The translations under genes were made by a program, and so were the position numbers. DNA of 64,000 nt, from assembly GCA_046563655.1 (NCBI GenBank), contig CM102290.1, positions 9,114,001-9,178,000 on the forward strand. Direction: 5' to 3'. The stretch is from Yuukianura sp. NJ FZ-2021. Lineage: Eukaryota. Below are positions 52,201 through 64,000 of this stretch, piece by piece. The notes under the pieces were generated by a model. The model was not told the origin of the DNA. It did no database searches and saw nothing but the letters and a program-made list of their open reading frames with translations. Position 1 is the stretch's first letter; every line of letters starts with the position of its first letter.

Positions 52201-55200
52201 CGCTCTTCGTAAGTAATGGCTTATTACTTTTAGTCTTTTCATTGAGTTCGTTCTTGGCGTTCTTCTGAGAACCAGATGTGGATGGGGCATCTAGGTCCAT
52301 CTAGAAATTATGCACAAAAGTTATACACATTGATAACTTAATTTACTGATGCAGTCATTTTCATTTCTAAGTCCAACGAACCTGCTCGAATGGATCAACC
52401 AAATCTCCTCGTGCTGTTGGCACACGACCCGCTGTTGCTCCATGAGCCGGGATCGCACTGGTACCACCAGGGCGGCTGCACCTCGCACTTTGTACAGGAT
52501 CCTGCGTAATAGTTAAACATAATTAGAATAACGCTGCTGCATGCCCGTATAGTTTACCACAATCCTTACCTGTTTCTTAGTGGCACCCTCTTCGTCTTCT
52601 TCCTGACACCGCTCAACCAAAGCAACCAAGAGTTTCTGAATGACATCACGAGCGCATTCGAAGGAGTCCGAATGAATTCTAAAGCTTTCGGGTTTACTAG
52701 GAACAGTCTTCACAATAAGTCGTTTATCCTCGTCTACTGCAAGATTTCAAAATAACGTTAAATACAAAATAGCTTGCAAGCAGGATAAGGTTCGACCAAG
52801 AGTGAGTAAAAATGGATGAGCTAACCGTGCATTCCCCGACGCGTAATGAAAGGAATGTCAACACGTAGAATTTCTTTCGCAACATCAGCAAAAATACTTG
52901 GTGCTCTGCAGGCCATAGGAGCAAGGACGCGTAACAGGTAATGAAGTTCCTTACAGGTCGCTGCGCATGGAGTGCATACTTTCTCTCGAATCATCTGAAA
53001 ATAGAAACGAACTTTAAAGTTGCTGATCACGATTTCACTTTCCCGAAACAAACAGCGTTGGACTTTACCTTCTCAATGGCAAATCGAAGGCACGCTGGAT
53101 CCTCCATACAATGACGAATAAGTAGATTTGCCAATGGAAGGAATCCGTTGAAGTGATGGGTAGATGTCAGACTCAGAAGAGCAGATACACCTCCCAGTTC
53201 ACAAAAGTATTGGGCGAGTTCATAATCACGAGTTAGACGAAGGCACAATCTCATTATGGCGTGAAGCGAGTCGGGTTCAACAGGCAGGCGCAAGAAGTCA
53301 ACACAGGCCCTGCAAAGTAAATTGGTAATCATGAAATTAATAAATCAGCGGGGTAAAAGTTCCGGGTACTTAACAATACTTAGGAATCAACATCCCAACT
53401 TACATTATGATAAGCCGGGCAGAGTAAGTGGAAATGCCATTCAGAATCATCATTTCTTTCGTTACGTAGGTAAGATCTTCTACAATTTCCATTGGTTTGT
53501 CGTGCTGGCAAAAGCGGAAGTGCGGCGGATCCCATGATTTTCGGTAGTGGACGTAATAATTACGAGGTGGCACTTTTGACCCATCATTTGCCGCTGTTGC
53601 CCGAACAGAATTTAGGACTCTGAGCATCGAAGGATGATCTTTGCGAGGCTGCTTGAGCCAAAGAGCAATTGGTCGTCGGTTACTGGTTTCTTCGTTGAGC
53701 TGTACCATTCCGCTGAAACTGATGCCGTACCGTCGACGTCCTGCTGAAATTCGAACAGAGGGCTCCCCTTCCCAAAAAGCTCTGTCGATGGCATGATTAT
53801 TTGGAGTAGAGTAGGCACACCATTTGCCAGAATTGATATCATACCACTTCCACACATGATCAGTTTCCTGCAAAGTTACAAAGTGAAAATAAGACATTTG
53901 CATGCAATGCATTTGTAATAACACAAACACAAGCTTAACTAAACATTAATTCAGTCATTGTCAACCTTACCGCGGCCAAGAGAGCTTTCCTTCTCGAAGC
54001 AATAGCTGCCTTTTCGTATAAATCCAGAAGTAGAATTATAGGCGCCGTCCATTTAGGTACTTCCAGGACAGTCCCCTCATTGGCTGACATTCGAAGAAGA
54101 CGTTGCAGAGTAAGAAGTAGTGCCAAAGCCAGTGCAATGATGTTCGAACCTTCCAATGCCTCATAACAATTTGCCTTCACCTCCTCAAACACGAGACTGA
54201 GCAAGTGTAGACGGATACACAGCATAGTGTCGTCCGCAGTTTGGGTCAAATCTTCCTTCCGTAGAGGCAGAAGTCTCGTATTCACTGACTGCATCAGTTC
54301 AGTTGTTTGATTGGCCAACTTACTCACGGTTTCAGATATCCATTCTGTCCCTGGTTTCCTGTTTCCAACTGCCACAAGGAGCTCGCAGACTCGAAAAACA
54401 GATTCTGGTACTTGTTCTACTAACTCCAAGGCCTTTTCAAATACATCCGCAGTGAATTCGTTGATTTCCTCGGAAGTTAACACTTCAAACGTCGTTTTCC
54501 CTTCCGTTTTATTGGTCTTGTCCTGTTCGGTTTCGTCCATCGACATGACAATCGCTCGAAAGATGTCGTCATCCTGGTTGTTCCAATCCATTGCCCATGG
54601 TCGTGTGAGAGAAGAAATTCCAGAAAATGGTACTCGAGTAAGAGGCGGCAAAGCTCGAACCGGGGCGGCAGTGGTAGGAGCGGTGGCAGGAGTTGGTGCA
54701 GAAGAACGTGTAGAGCGACCGGCTGCGTTGTTCAGCAAGTAGTCAGTAGCTTCTACTAGATCATTTGTGGAGACAAGAGCTTCAATGCAAAAACTCGGAG
54801 GAAATCCCATGTCAACTAATTGCTGTAGCTGATCAGGATCCAACCCAAAGGCTCTCAGCGCTTCGGAGTGGCCAAACCCAGTAGAGGTGCCTGACGTTGA
54901 TGATGAGGGGCCGGCAGCGTTGTTTCCATTTCCAGCATCAGCTAAACTGGTGGAACTTGCACTCGGAGCAGGATTCTGAACGATGGCGGAATCGCTAGTA
55001 CTCTGACTTGGAGCAGGAGCATTGGGTTCGGCAATTGCTGTACCGCTTGATACCGGGGAAAGAGCAGGAGTAGATTGTGTCGTCGTGGCTGAAGAGTTTC
55101 CAGCATTCATCCTGGAACTTGTCCCTGGCTGTGGAGTGGTATTTGTAGCAGTGTAAGGATTGTATGGATCTGGCCAATCGTTCAGCGTGTTGACATCTAC

Positions 55201-58200
55201 GGCAGTGGGTCCGGTTGTTTCAGTGTCAGATAAATCAAACAATGAGTCCGGAAGCTCAAGTCCAGTCGGGAAATGTGGGTTTCCCGCAACGTGAGCCATC
55301 GACGGCAGACTCAACTCTGACTCCGGCCTAGGATCAAAATTTGGCATGGAGGAATAGCCCTTTCGAGAGTCCGCTTCCGTAGTTTCCTTGTGGCGAAGAA
55401 TGTTGCATAAAATCGAGAGCATAAGATCCGCAGGCCGATGTCCGATTTGCTTGATAGACTTGTTTTTCCAAAGATAAAGTATTGCCTTGAATGCTAACTG
55501 AAAAACGAGAGAAACAAGAAAAAAAATATTACTCCGCCTCAAATACAAAATGAAATATAACCATTACCTTGTGCATGTGACCCAGAAAAGCGTTTGAATT
55601 AAACTGAAGGCGTTTTGTGAGCAACCCATTTTTAGCAGGAAGAGAGTGTGGACTCTCAAGGACCGTTTTAGGATTGACGAATTTCTCCACTAGCACTAGC
55701 CAAGAGTCCAGAAACTCGATTTGTTGGTCCGATAATGCTGTGGTAGCAGCTGATCCATCAGTCGAAGCACCAGGTTCTGTCTTTGACGGATTTCCAGCGC
55801 CCATGGCCCAGTAGAAAACACTAGTCACAAACAATAGACACGCATTATTGCATCGTTAGCTTGCGAATGAATTCGCAATCAAAAGTATTAAAATAACGAC
55901 TTACTCAAAAAGCGCAGTCAAACCATCACTGTCAATGAATTTTTTGAGCATAAGATGATAGGGAAATCGCTTTTCATCAAACAACAACGGTGAGGAGAAT
56001 CCAACGGCACAGATACTCAGCTGCAGTTTTGGCACTGGCGATGTTGGAATCGGTTCCCAACGGAGTCCTTGAGCCAGCAATTCGGAAAGGACTGTTGCAA
56101 TGCTGTCAGCGTACGGACTAACAACAACTGGGCCGTTCGGAATTGGCATACCTCGCCGCTGTCGCATAGGTGATCCAATTGCAAGCTGAAACAAGATCAT
56201 TGTTAGCCAAAAATCCTCGTGGGAAATTAGTGTAATCGTATTACTGTGTAAATGGTATTAATGAGAACACTAACCTTCACTAGTAGGCCGAAAAGTTCCG
56301 CTAAGGCTCTTCCAAGGCGGGAAGAAGCACTGAGGACTGGCTTCAAGATTCTAGCGTATTCCTGTAGAGTGGTGTTCGTCTTATCCGCTTTTGTTACATG
56401 GTTCGTCTGAGTGAAGGAGCTCACGTAGGTAGTTGAGGGCACTTGTTCCACGTCCACTTCCATTTGCTCGTTGGTTGTAGGCGGCTCCTATTCAACAAAC
56501 AAGAATTTTGTGTTTTAGGAGCAATTCAAACCATGACACTATTTAACATAGGAAATATCTTTGTAGTTTCGGGTTTACCTTTGTAGATGCTTCTGTTGTT
56601 TCCGGTGTTGTTTCTGGAACTTTAGGAGGAACTAAAATGTCCAGCTCGCGTCGTGCGAACTCGCCTGGACCAGGCTTGTACTCACCACTGCAAATTGCCA
56701 AAAGAACTGTGCTCTCCCACACCAGATTCAAATAGACGTTTGAAAGTCGTTTCAACAATTTGAGTCCCTTCTCAGTGCCCCACTCTTCCAATGACATATT
56801 TCGTACTTCCGGCTGCAAAAACAAATGCCTTGGTTAATAAATTCATCAGTAAGTATAAAAATATTTACATTGCGATCAAATATTAACAAAACATGTAACT
56901 TTTAAAAATAAAATTGTTTTCTGACCTGTCCTGTGCGGCAAACTTGGATGAACATCATGACAAGTGCGTGAAGAGCAGTCATGCAGGCAATAATTGGAGA
57001 TTCATTTGGATCTCCAGGAATGATGCGCACACCGTAGCCTTCAGTGCCTGCGAGTTCCTTCAGCAGAACGCTACTGCCAGGTTGAGGTACTGGGGTTCCT
57101 AACTGGTCCACAAAAAGTAATGGCCTGTCCATGTGGTTCATCGCTTCTTTCAAGACGCTCTTTTCGTGAGCCAAACTCAGAATAGACTTGCACACAGCCG
57201 AAACTGCTTGACATGACGCCGTATTTGGAAAGTCCAGTGGAAGAAAAGGCAATGACAAAATACTAACCAGCGGAGGGACTCCCTTCTGGGCTACGAACTC
57301 CCGACAATGATCGTCTGTGTTGTTGTTGCTCAAAATGGCATCTAGGAACTTCATGACGTTGAAGATGTAGTCTGTCATAGGAGGTGGTGGCTCGGTACCA
57401 TAACATGGCAATCTGGGATTAGGACTTGCTTCTCGCACAGTAGCGGAAGATGACGTAGTTACTTGTGGTTGTGACGAAATTGACGGCTCATCATCTTCGT
57501 CTTCCTCTTCGCTGCTGCCTACTTCGGATGTTCCAGCACGAGTTGTTGTTAAACTGGCTTCCAGTTTGGCAGGATAATCTTTCCACCATAAGTAGCGCGC
57601 ATCGTAACTCATGTTACAAACTTCTTCTAGCAATTGTACGATTGCCTTCATTGCCTCAGCTCGAAGTCCAGGCTGATGGCGCATAAGTTCGTCCATTGCA
57701 CCACCAAGATTTGTTGCCGTATCACCCATCGGCTCTGCGGAGCGGCGACGTCGCATTGCTGGCAAGTATTGCGGGGAGATCAGAAGTTTTGAAATCTTAT
57801 GAAAAGGTTTATGTTTCAAAAATGAATTCAGTCCTCGATTGTTCAAGCAAAGAGCGGAGAAAATGTTAGGAATTGATGCTATGACTTCCCGAGTAGCTGG
57901 AACCTGAAAATGAAACGTTCAAAATTATTCAAGTGAATAAAGACAATATTAACGAGAGAATTCTTCGTTACTAACTTCTTTGACAAGAATTGCTTCTTGA
58001 ACGACATCAGTGAGACCACTATCTTGTAAAGCTGATAGTAACGACGGTTCTTGGAAGACGTAGACTGTGACAACATCCGTCGCCAACAGGAAAAGAGAGG
58101 ACCCATAGTATTCCGCATTACTGATGATGTGGCGTAGAGAGTTCGGAAGGGAAGTCTCCATGATATGACGGATACTGTCCGAGAAGGATGTGTCCTGAAT

Positions 58201-61129
58201 GACTTTCTTCAAGAAGTTTAGAAGAGATTTCAATAGTGCGGCTCGTTGTGGGAGACAAACATGTGGCCCCGGCACGAAAGTGGATGAATTTCCAGGGACT
58301 TCGGCGCTGACGGAAGAAACAGGGTTGGGCCAAGGGCCGTCTTCCTCCTGTAACACAACAATTATTTAAAACTTACAATAACGATTATCCTATAGAGTAC
58401 AAAAAACTAAATTATGAACCTGTTCGTGATTAGTTTGAGCATTTGAATCTGTATCCATTGGTACCTCTGGTGGGTTTTCAGTCGAGGTTTCAACAGCCGT
58501 CTCTTGATTCTCCAGTCTTTCCTCCGTGATATCTTGATCTTGGGAGCTAGCATTATTCCGTCGTCCTAAGGAAGTAGAAGGCTCAGGGATAATTTCAAAC
58601 GGCTGCTCTTTTCGACAGTCAGCAACTTCAGCCTAAAAAAATGTTACCGTACAATTATTTCTGTTTAGTGCAATTAAAAAATGAATTTCATTCCTTACTT
58701 CCAGTCGATTGATAAAAATATTTAAGCCACTGTGTGTATGAAATCCTTGCATGTCCATGTTCGTAATGAGATCAATGACTCGAACAGCTCTGGTGACGAA
58801 CTATTAAACGAATTACAACAAAAAATCGTCAGAATCGTTTTAAAACAAAAACACCATAGAATATTTTCTTTGCTAATTGTCAGACTTACCGTTATTTGTT
58901 CTTCATCTTGCGGCTTCCACGTGACGACTTTGAGTAGACTCTCGAGCATTCCACAGCTTACCAATGCTTCTCCGCCAAGTTCGTAGCTGGCCAAATGATA
59001 AACAAAACTGAACAATGCAGTGGCAAGAGAGATTGGACACGGTTTCACTGAAGGGTTGGAACCCGGTGGTGTTATCATGGAGGCGATACAGTTGCGCACC
59101 ATCATTGGCAAAAATCCATGGTATGAGCTGATCCCAGTGACATCGATGATACTAAAATTGACCAAGTTCGGTGTTGAATTATAAAAAATACACTTTTGTC
59201 GATTTCGAAAATTACTATTCATAGCAACCTAACCTGAAAAAAGAAACAGTAGAGTTTTTCTACTGAGCGTTCAGCGAGAAAAAACGAACGTTGCTACAAA
59301 AAATCTCAAGTCACCCCAATCTACCTTTGAAATTATTTGAACAATAATTTGAATTTGAATAAAGAAAAATTTGAATAATTAACAAAGTTTAAAATTTTTA
59401 GAAATACCTTAAGAAATTACATTTTAAAAAACTGCGGTCAATTATGAACCTTTTCTTTTTTAAAATTCATCTTTGAAATTCAAGTCACCCCAAACTACAA
59501 ATGTAGGTTGGGGTGACTTGAGATTTTTGTAAAAACGTTCGTTTTTTTTTTCGCTGAACGTTCATAGAAAAACTCCACTGCTTTTTTTCAGGTTAGGTGG
59601 TACTAATAGTATAAAGTAATTGAATTACCTAGGAAAATTTTGAACTCTATCCAAATGAATAACAGAAGTGAGGGCGCGTAGTCCGGCTGCCTTGATTTCC
59701 GTCAATCCTGGGCTTTCTAAGCGAAGTAACTGTACGATCTCATCCATAAGTCCTCCGTACACCAGTTGAGGGAAGTTATCATGAAGCGCATTTGTGTAAA
59801 CCAAAATTGATATTGCCTGCAGTCTAGCTTGGACGCATTGACAACGGGTGGTAAAGTTGGGAAAATTGAAAGCCAATCTCAAATGGGTAAACAGCATCAT
59901 CTACAACAAAAACAATGCACAAGCGATCCGTTAGAATAAGAATTCTGTCGCCTCTTTTTGAGTGCCACAACGTAAGAGACAGAATACATACAAGTAGAAA
60001 TAACAGTTTTAGCGAAATATTAAAATCAGCTCAGCTATTGGCTAACCTGCTTTTCCTCTGGAACAGAAAACTGTTCAACGAGATAATCCATTGCCACTGC
60101 TGGATTTCCTCCCAACTCTGTTACGTCATCTCTGTGAATAATCGTAATAGAGTCCGACTTGCCACGGGAATCCACAAACGATGGATTCGGAAACTCCATG
60201 TGAACCCCTCTTGCAGAAGCCGGGTAAAACTGTTGAAGAACGCAAGAAAGGCTCAATTTTGTACAATTTTACAGGGGCAGAATAATAACTTGTTGTGAAC
60301 ATTTGTTAAAACGCTTACACTCAGTGGATGATCCGTGCAGCACTCGGCTAATGCATATCCTGCGTCCATTCCTCCCCAACTCTATAATTAAATCATTACG
60401 TAAGCTTAGGTGCGGAATTTGAAAAGAAATTGCTATAACACTCTGTTTTTCAAAAGGTCGTAACTTACATCAGCAATGTATGTTAGCTTTTCAAGTAGCG
60501 CCTCCCGATTCTCCTCTGGTAATCGTGCCAAAAAGTTACTTCGCTTGCTAAACATAAACAACAATTGCAGGACTTCCAGTACCATCCTGATGCACATTGA
60601 GTTGAGTAGCTTGATCAAATGATCCATGGAGTTGTAAAGATTCCGTGAGAATGAGTGTTCGATGAGAAGAGTGGTAAAGTTCAAGATGTAAGTCACACAG
60701 CATCTCAGCTGTTCCACAATAAATGTACAAATAAGTATATCTGACAGAAATCAAATAATTGTAATTTTTTCAAATAGTTCACCATTTCGTTGTTTTCCGC
60801 ATCTAAGGCAATTGCCCATTTGCTGCCCTCCACCGTCCGAGATGCCTCTTCCAAATATGAGTCGAATATGTCCAGGACATCGATCCAGTGATACAATTCA
60901 CACTTCCCATATGTCCAGTTCTCAATGGCCGATAGCACTGTGAACAGCTCTACAGCATTTCCACAGGCTTTGATTCTTTCGATCACTACTTTGCAGTCTG
61001 GAGGCTGAAATGACAAAAATTCAACAGTTCATAGTTCATAATCATGAGTCATAAATTTAGTCTTAACACTAAAAATTAAATTACCACTTCAGTGCTACTC
61101 CGCTTTGATTTTGTTCGATCCACCTTCAT
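43249..61129 (-). CDS. HUWE1: E3 ubiquitin-protein ligase HUWE1 (HECT, UBA and WWE domain-containing), complete multi-exon gene
   Basis: Begins [19 protein letters not shown], then [13 protein letters not shown] and armadillo-like repeats, a UBA (LQQLVDMGF, about 54830), a WWE domain (about 53680-53865), an acidic region, UBM motifs ([35 protein letters not shown]) and a HECT domain ending LPSAHTC|FNQLDLP...ECSEGFGFA*. Confidence 0.97.
59213..59611. mobile_element. MITE-like element with about 110-bp terminal inverted repeats in a HUWE1 intron
   Basis: The left arm acctaacctgaaaaaa...cgttcagcga...aacgaacgtt...aatctcaagtcaccccaatctac mirrors the right arm gtaggttggggtgacttgagatt...aacgttcgtt...tcgctgaacg...ttttttcaggttaggt, around an AT-rich non-coding core. 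Confidence 0.8.
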
Positions 61130-61138
61130 TGTTTCTTT

Positions 61139-61150
61139 TTATTGACCCAT
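61139..61150 (-). promoter_or_regulatory. Three-codon upstream ORF (MGQ*) in the HUWE1 leader
   Basis: The minus strand reads atcATG GGT CAA TAA AAA GAA ACA ATG AAG GTG. It lies in the same predicted exon as the main ATG (acceptor at about 61278). Confidence 0.6.
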
Positions 61151-63098
61151 GATGAGAATAAAACGAATAAGTTCAATAGTTTGTAGCTCGCCTTCGTTGG
61201 TTAGTTAAACGTCCCGTAGGACACAGGCCTTCGTATGGTTGTCTGCCACGCTCACGTAGTAGTTACGATTACGAATTCTGAAAATACACAAAGTAAAAGT
61301 TAAATTAGCAAATGAAGTTGTTTCTAGTGGCGTTTCTTAGCCACAAAAAGGGGTTCGGTATTCGTATTACGACCAGGGTCTAACCAAAAGATGCGCCCTT
61401 GCGACAGCGAATGTCGAGAACAGAACAACTATCAACGTTAACAATAACTATCGTTAACAGCGATTACTTACACCTAGGTAATACGTAAAAGAGTTCAGTG
61501 TATGAAGACACTGGTCACTAAGACTATCTGACACTTTAAAAAACGGCACACAAACCGAAAACGCAATAAGTTCGAAGGCGAATGTCACACAGCTGATAAT
61601 TTTCTGTGTCCTTTTCTATGCTATTCTTTGCATTCACATGCACTTTCACAGAGGGAAGGATGCGGAATCCCGTTGCGCGTTGTGTAAGGGAATGTCGCTA
61701 TGTATTTGTACAAAACCGACACAACACAACCTGCTATGCAACGTATCCGATCGGATTATCGTCAAGGGGACAAAGGAAATTCAGCAGTGTATTAGTCGGT
61801 TTTAACTCCGCCAAAAATGAACGAGAGTCCTAGACGACGTTATAGGATAAGGGAATATGAGAATACGATGCAATTCATGGGGTTCCCAAATCCAACAAGT
61901 AATTATTGTAATTAAAGAAGAGATCTAACTTTAAAAGACTTCTCAAACTTTTTCGTTATTTTCAACTACAGAAAGACTAACATCGGTCCAATCCAAATTG
62001 TAACCTTTTAACCTTAATTTCATGTCTACCATTTAAGGCATTCTGGTAAACCAAAATCCGGACAAATTTTTAAGCCCACTTGTTCTATTGAAGATTGAAG
62101 TGTCAGTGTCATCCACAAGCTGTTACTTTAGCGTATTTTCTAAACAACCAATTTCCGTAGTAGTATGAATGCAAAGGTCAGAATCGCCACAAAACATCCA
62201 GCGATCCAGCAACAGTCCAGTGACTAAGAGTTTTATGTCAATGAATTCATGAAAAGTAAAAGTAAAAAGTTAAAGATAAAGTTTAGTCGAACCTGAAAAT
62301 ACCCGTTAGCATTAACGGCAACTAAGCCCATGTTACTTCCGAATCAAGTCGGAACTCGGGTCTCAAACATGGGGGGGGGGATGCTGAGGGGAATACATGT
62401 ATGATTGGGATTGGGACCGGACGACCAGTCTGAAATAAGGTTTACTATGGTCTAACAAAACGTACAAATGACAAGACAAATGACAAGAATGACCAATGAA
62501 TTAATGTATTACCTGTTCTGTGATAAAAGAGATAGACGATTCTGAATAAGGTATGCTGTAAAAGAATTGTCGATGATTCGATATCCAAACGATAAACGAT
62601 TTTGTGTGGAAATATCCAGAAACTTCAAATCCAAAGTCGTCCGACACGTCCGAGAACTCGGAAGTGAATGATCAAGTCTTTTTCTCCGTCTTCTATTCGC
62701 CAATGTCCAAACACCAAAACAGCAACGACCGAATCCAGCGGCCGCCCACTAAATTACGCTCGAGATTGACACATACGTAATTTAAGAATTTTTGTTTCCA
62801 TTTTGTTACATCATCGTTATTTACGCTTGTTTTTTTTACGTTAAACTTAAATGATTGCATAACAACTATTATACTAAAAATCTGTAAATAATCCAAAATT
62901 AAAATCATAATACCAGTGTAGAAAAGTAATAGAGAGTAATTGCAACTCACTTTATAGAGTTTATAGAATGTAAATATGGAAAATAGAATACGGAACGCTC
63001 CATATTCTATATTTTGCGATTATGAGAAATACAGAAAAGTTCTCGATTATGAAATATGGAATGCAGGATGAAAAACTCGCTGATTGGCAAGATTGCGT

Positions 63099-63138
63099 AT
63101 AAACTGCGCACAAACTGCGCATAAACTGCGCAGTTTAT
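63099..63138. repeat. 11-bp tandem repeat (3 copies) ending in a perfect 18-bp palindrome
   Basis: ataaactgcgc acaaactgcgc ataaactgcgc agtttat. Bases 63121-63138 (ataaactgcgcagtttat) are self-complementary. Confidence 0.85.
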
Positions 63139-63354
63139 TATTTTTTAAATTACCCATTCTTCCAGAAATTCTTTTATAAATTATATATGCTCTGAATCAG
63201 CTTATAAAGCTCTTTCTAACAAGATATTACTTGCACGGGGTTGTCTGCCATAAGGTTAAGCGGTGACCTCAGAGGTCAACGACCACAAATCACAAAAAGG
63301 TAATTTCGACTACTGAATTAAAGTTAAATAAAGCAACGTTGATGGCGGGGTATC

Positions 63355-63428
63355 CCTGTTTTAAACAGGTTGTTTTAAACGTTTTAAGCGCTTGTTTAAA
63401 ACAAGTAGGAAATCTTGTTTTAAACAAC
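63355..63428. repeat. Cluster of near-palindromic TGTTTWAAAC units
   Basis: cctgttttaaacagg, ttgttttaaac, cttgtttaaaacaag, cttgttttaaacaac. Confidence 0.7.
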
Positions 63429-63489
63429 TCGTGAAAAATTTGCAAAATTATACGGGAAAGCTAAATTTTCAAAAAACTTGGGTTAATTC

Positions 63490-64000
63490 AACTAAAAGTA
63501 CATAATGTCACCATACGAAGTACAACATCATTCAAGTCTCTTGGTTTAGTTATTGACAATACACTTTCTTGGAGCGACCATATCATTGCAGTAACAAAAA
63601 AGTGTAACAGTGTTCTCTGGTCCCTCTATCCTATACAACACATTTTGAATGAAAAGAACAGGAAATTGATGATCATCGCTTACGTCGCACCAATCATTCG
63701 CTACATGATCACAGTGTGGGCAACATGCAAATCTACACAGTTCAACTGCATCAACAAATTGTTCCGGAGATGTGCTAGATTCATCTTTAATCTCAAAAGA
63801 AGAGACTCCGTGAGTGCAAAAATAAACTCCGAACTTAAGTGGTTGACCCCATCTCATCTTTACCGGTTCGAGCTGCTACTAACTGTTTCAAAAATTTGGC
63901 ACCACAAAATACTTTTCACCAAAACGTTGTCAAACGGTCAAAGAGACATTTTCCAAGTCCTAGAAATGCTTTGTGAAACACAAAACGTATCACGTGAACT
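63490..64000 (+). mobile_element. 5'-truncated non-LTR retrotransposon (CR1/L2-like LINE) ORF2 fragment, RT C-terminal/thumb region
   Basis: A hand-translated plus frame, open to the window edge, reads FKSLGLVIDNTLSWSDHIIAVTKKCNSVLWSL...YVAPIIRYMITVWA...LFRRCARFIFN...ELKWLT. This fits the K.LG..ID..L.W..HI and L.WL patterns of LINE RTs. There is no upstream catalytic YADD region. Confidence 0.85.

Noticed and set aside
63546..63857. 103-aa minus-strand ORF
   Set aside because: It is the antisense shadow of the plus-strand LINE RT fragment.
1..64000. CRISPR arrays, operons, defence systems, tRNA or rRNA genes
   Set aside because: The DNA is intron-rich and eukaryotic. No regularly spaced repeat-spacer array or recognisable structural RNA was seen by eye. 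A tRNAscan/Infernal run would be needed to exclude intronic snoRNAs or miRNAs.

Overview
This is eukaryotic (invertebrate, probably arthropod) genomic DNA with mostly short GT-AG introns, so the ORF track shows exon fragments and antisense shadow ORFs. Seven spliced genes were reconstructed by hand. (1) A large minus-strand presynaptic active-zone scaffold of the RIM/Piccolo/Fife family (Zn finger, Q-rich region, coiled coil, PDZ, C2), probably running off the left edge. (2) A 3-exon, 171-aa single-pass membrane protein that the ORF track shows only in part. (3) A secreted cyclase-family (KynB/isatin hydrolase-like) metallohydrolase. (4) A secreted single-domain ACE-like M2 peptidase whose HEXXH motif depends on an 11-nt microexon and whose active site is divergent. 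(5) PAT1. (6) PGAP2. (7) A complete HUWE1. There are also two intronic MITE-like inverted repeats, a 5'-truncated LINE at the right edge and short palindromic repeats. No prokaryotic-type system, CRISPR array or RNA gene was seen, and no wholly new multi-gene system is supported. The best leads are the orphan membrane protein, the divergent ACE, the secreted cyclase, a candidate microexon cluster and GC-AG introns in the synaptic gene, and a uORF next to the HUWE1 start. Family assignments come from recognising motifs, not from database searches.
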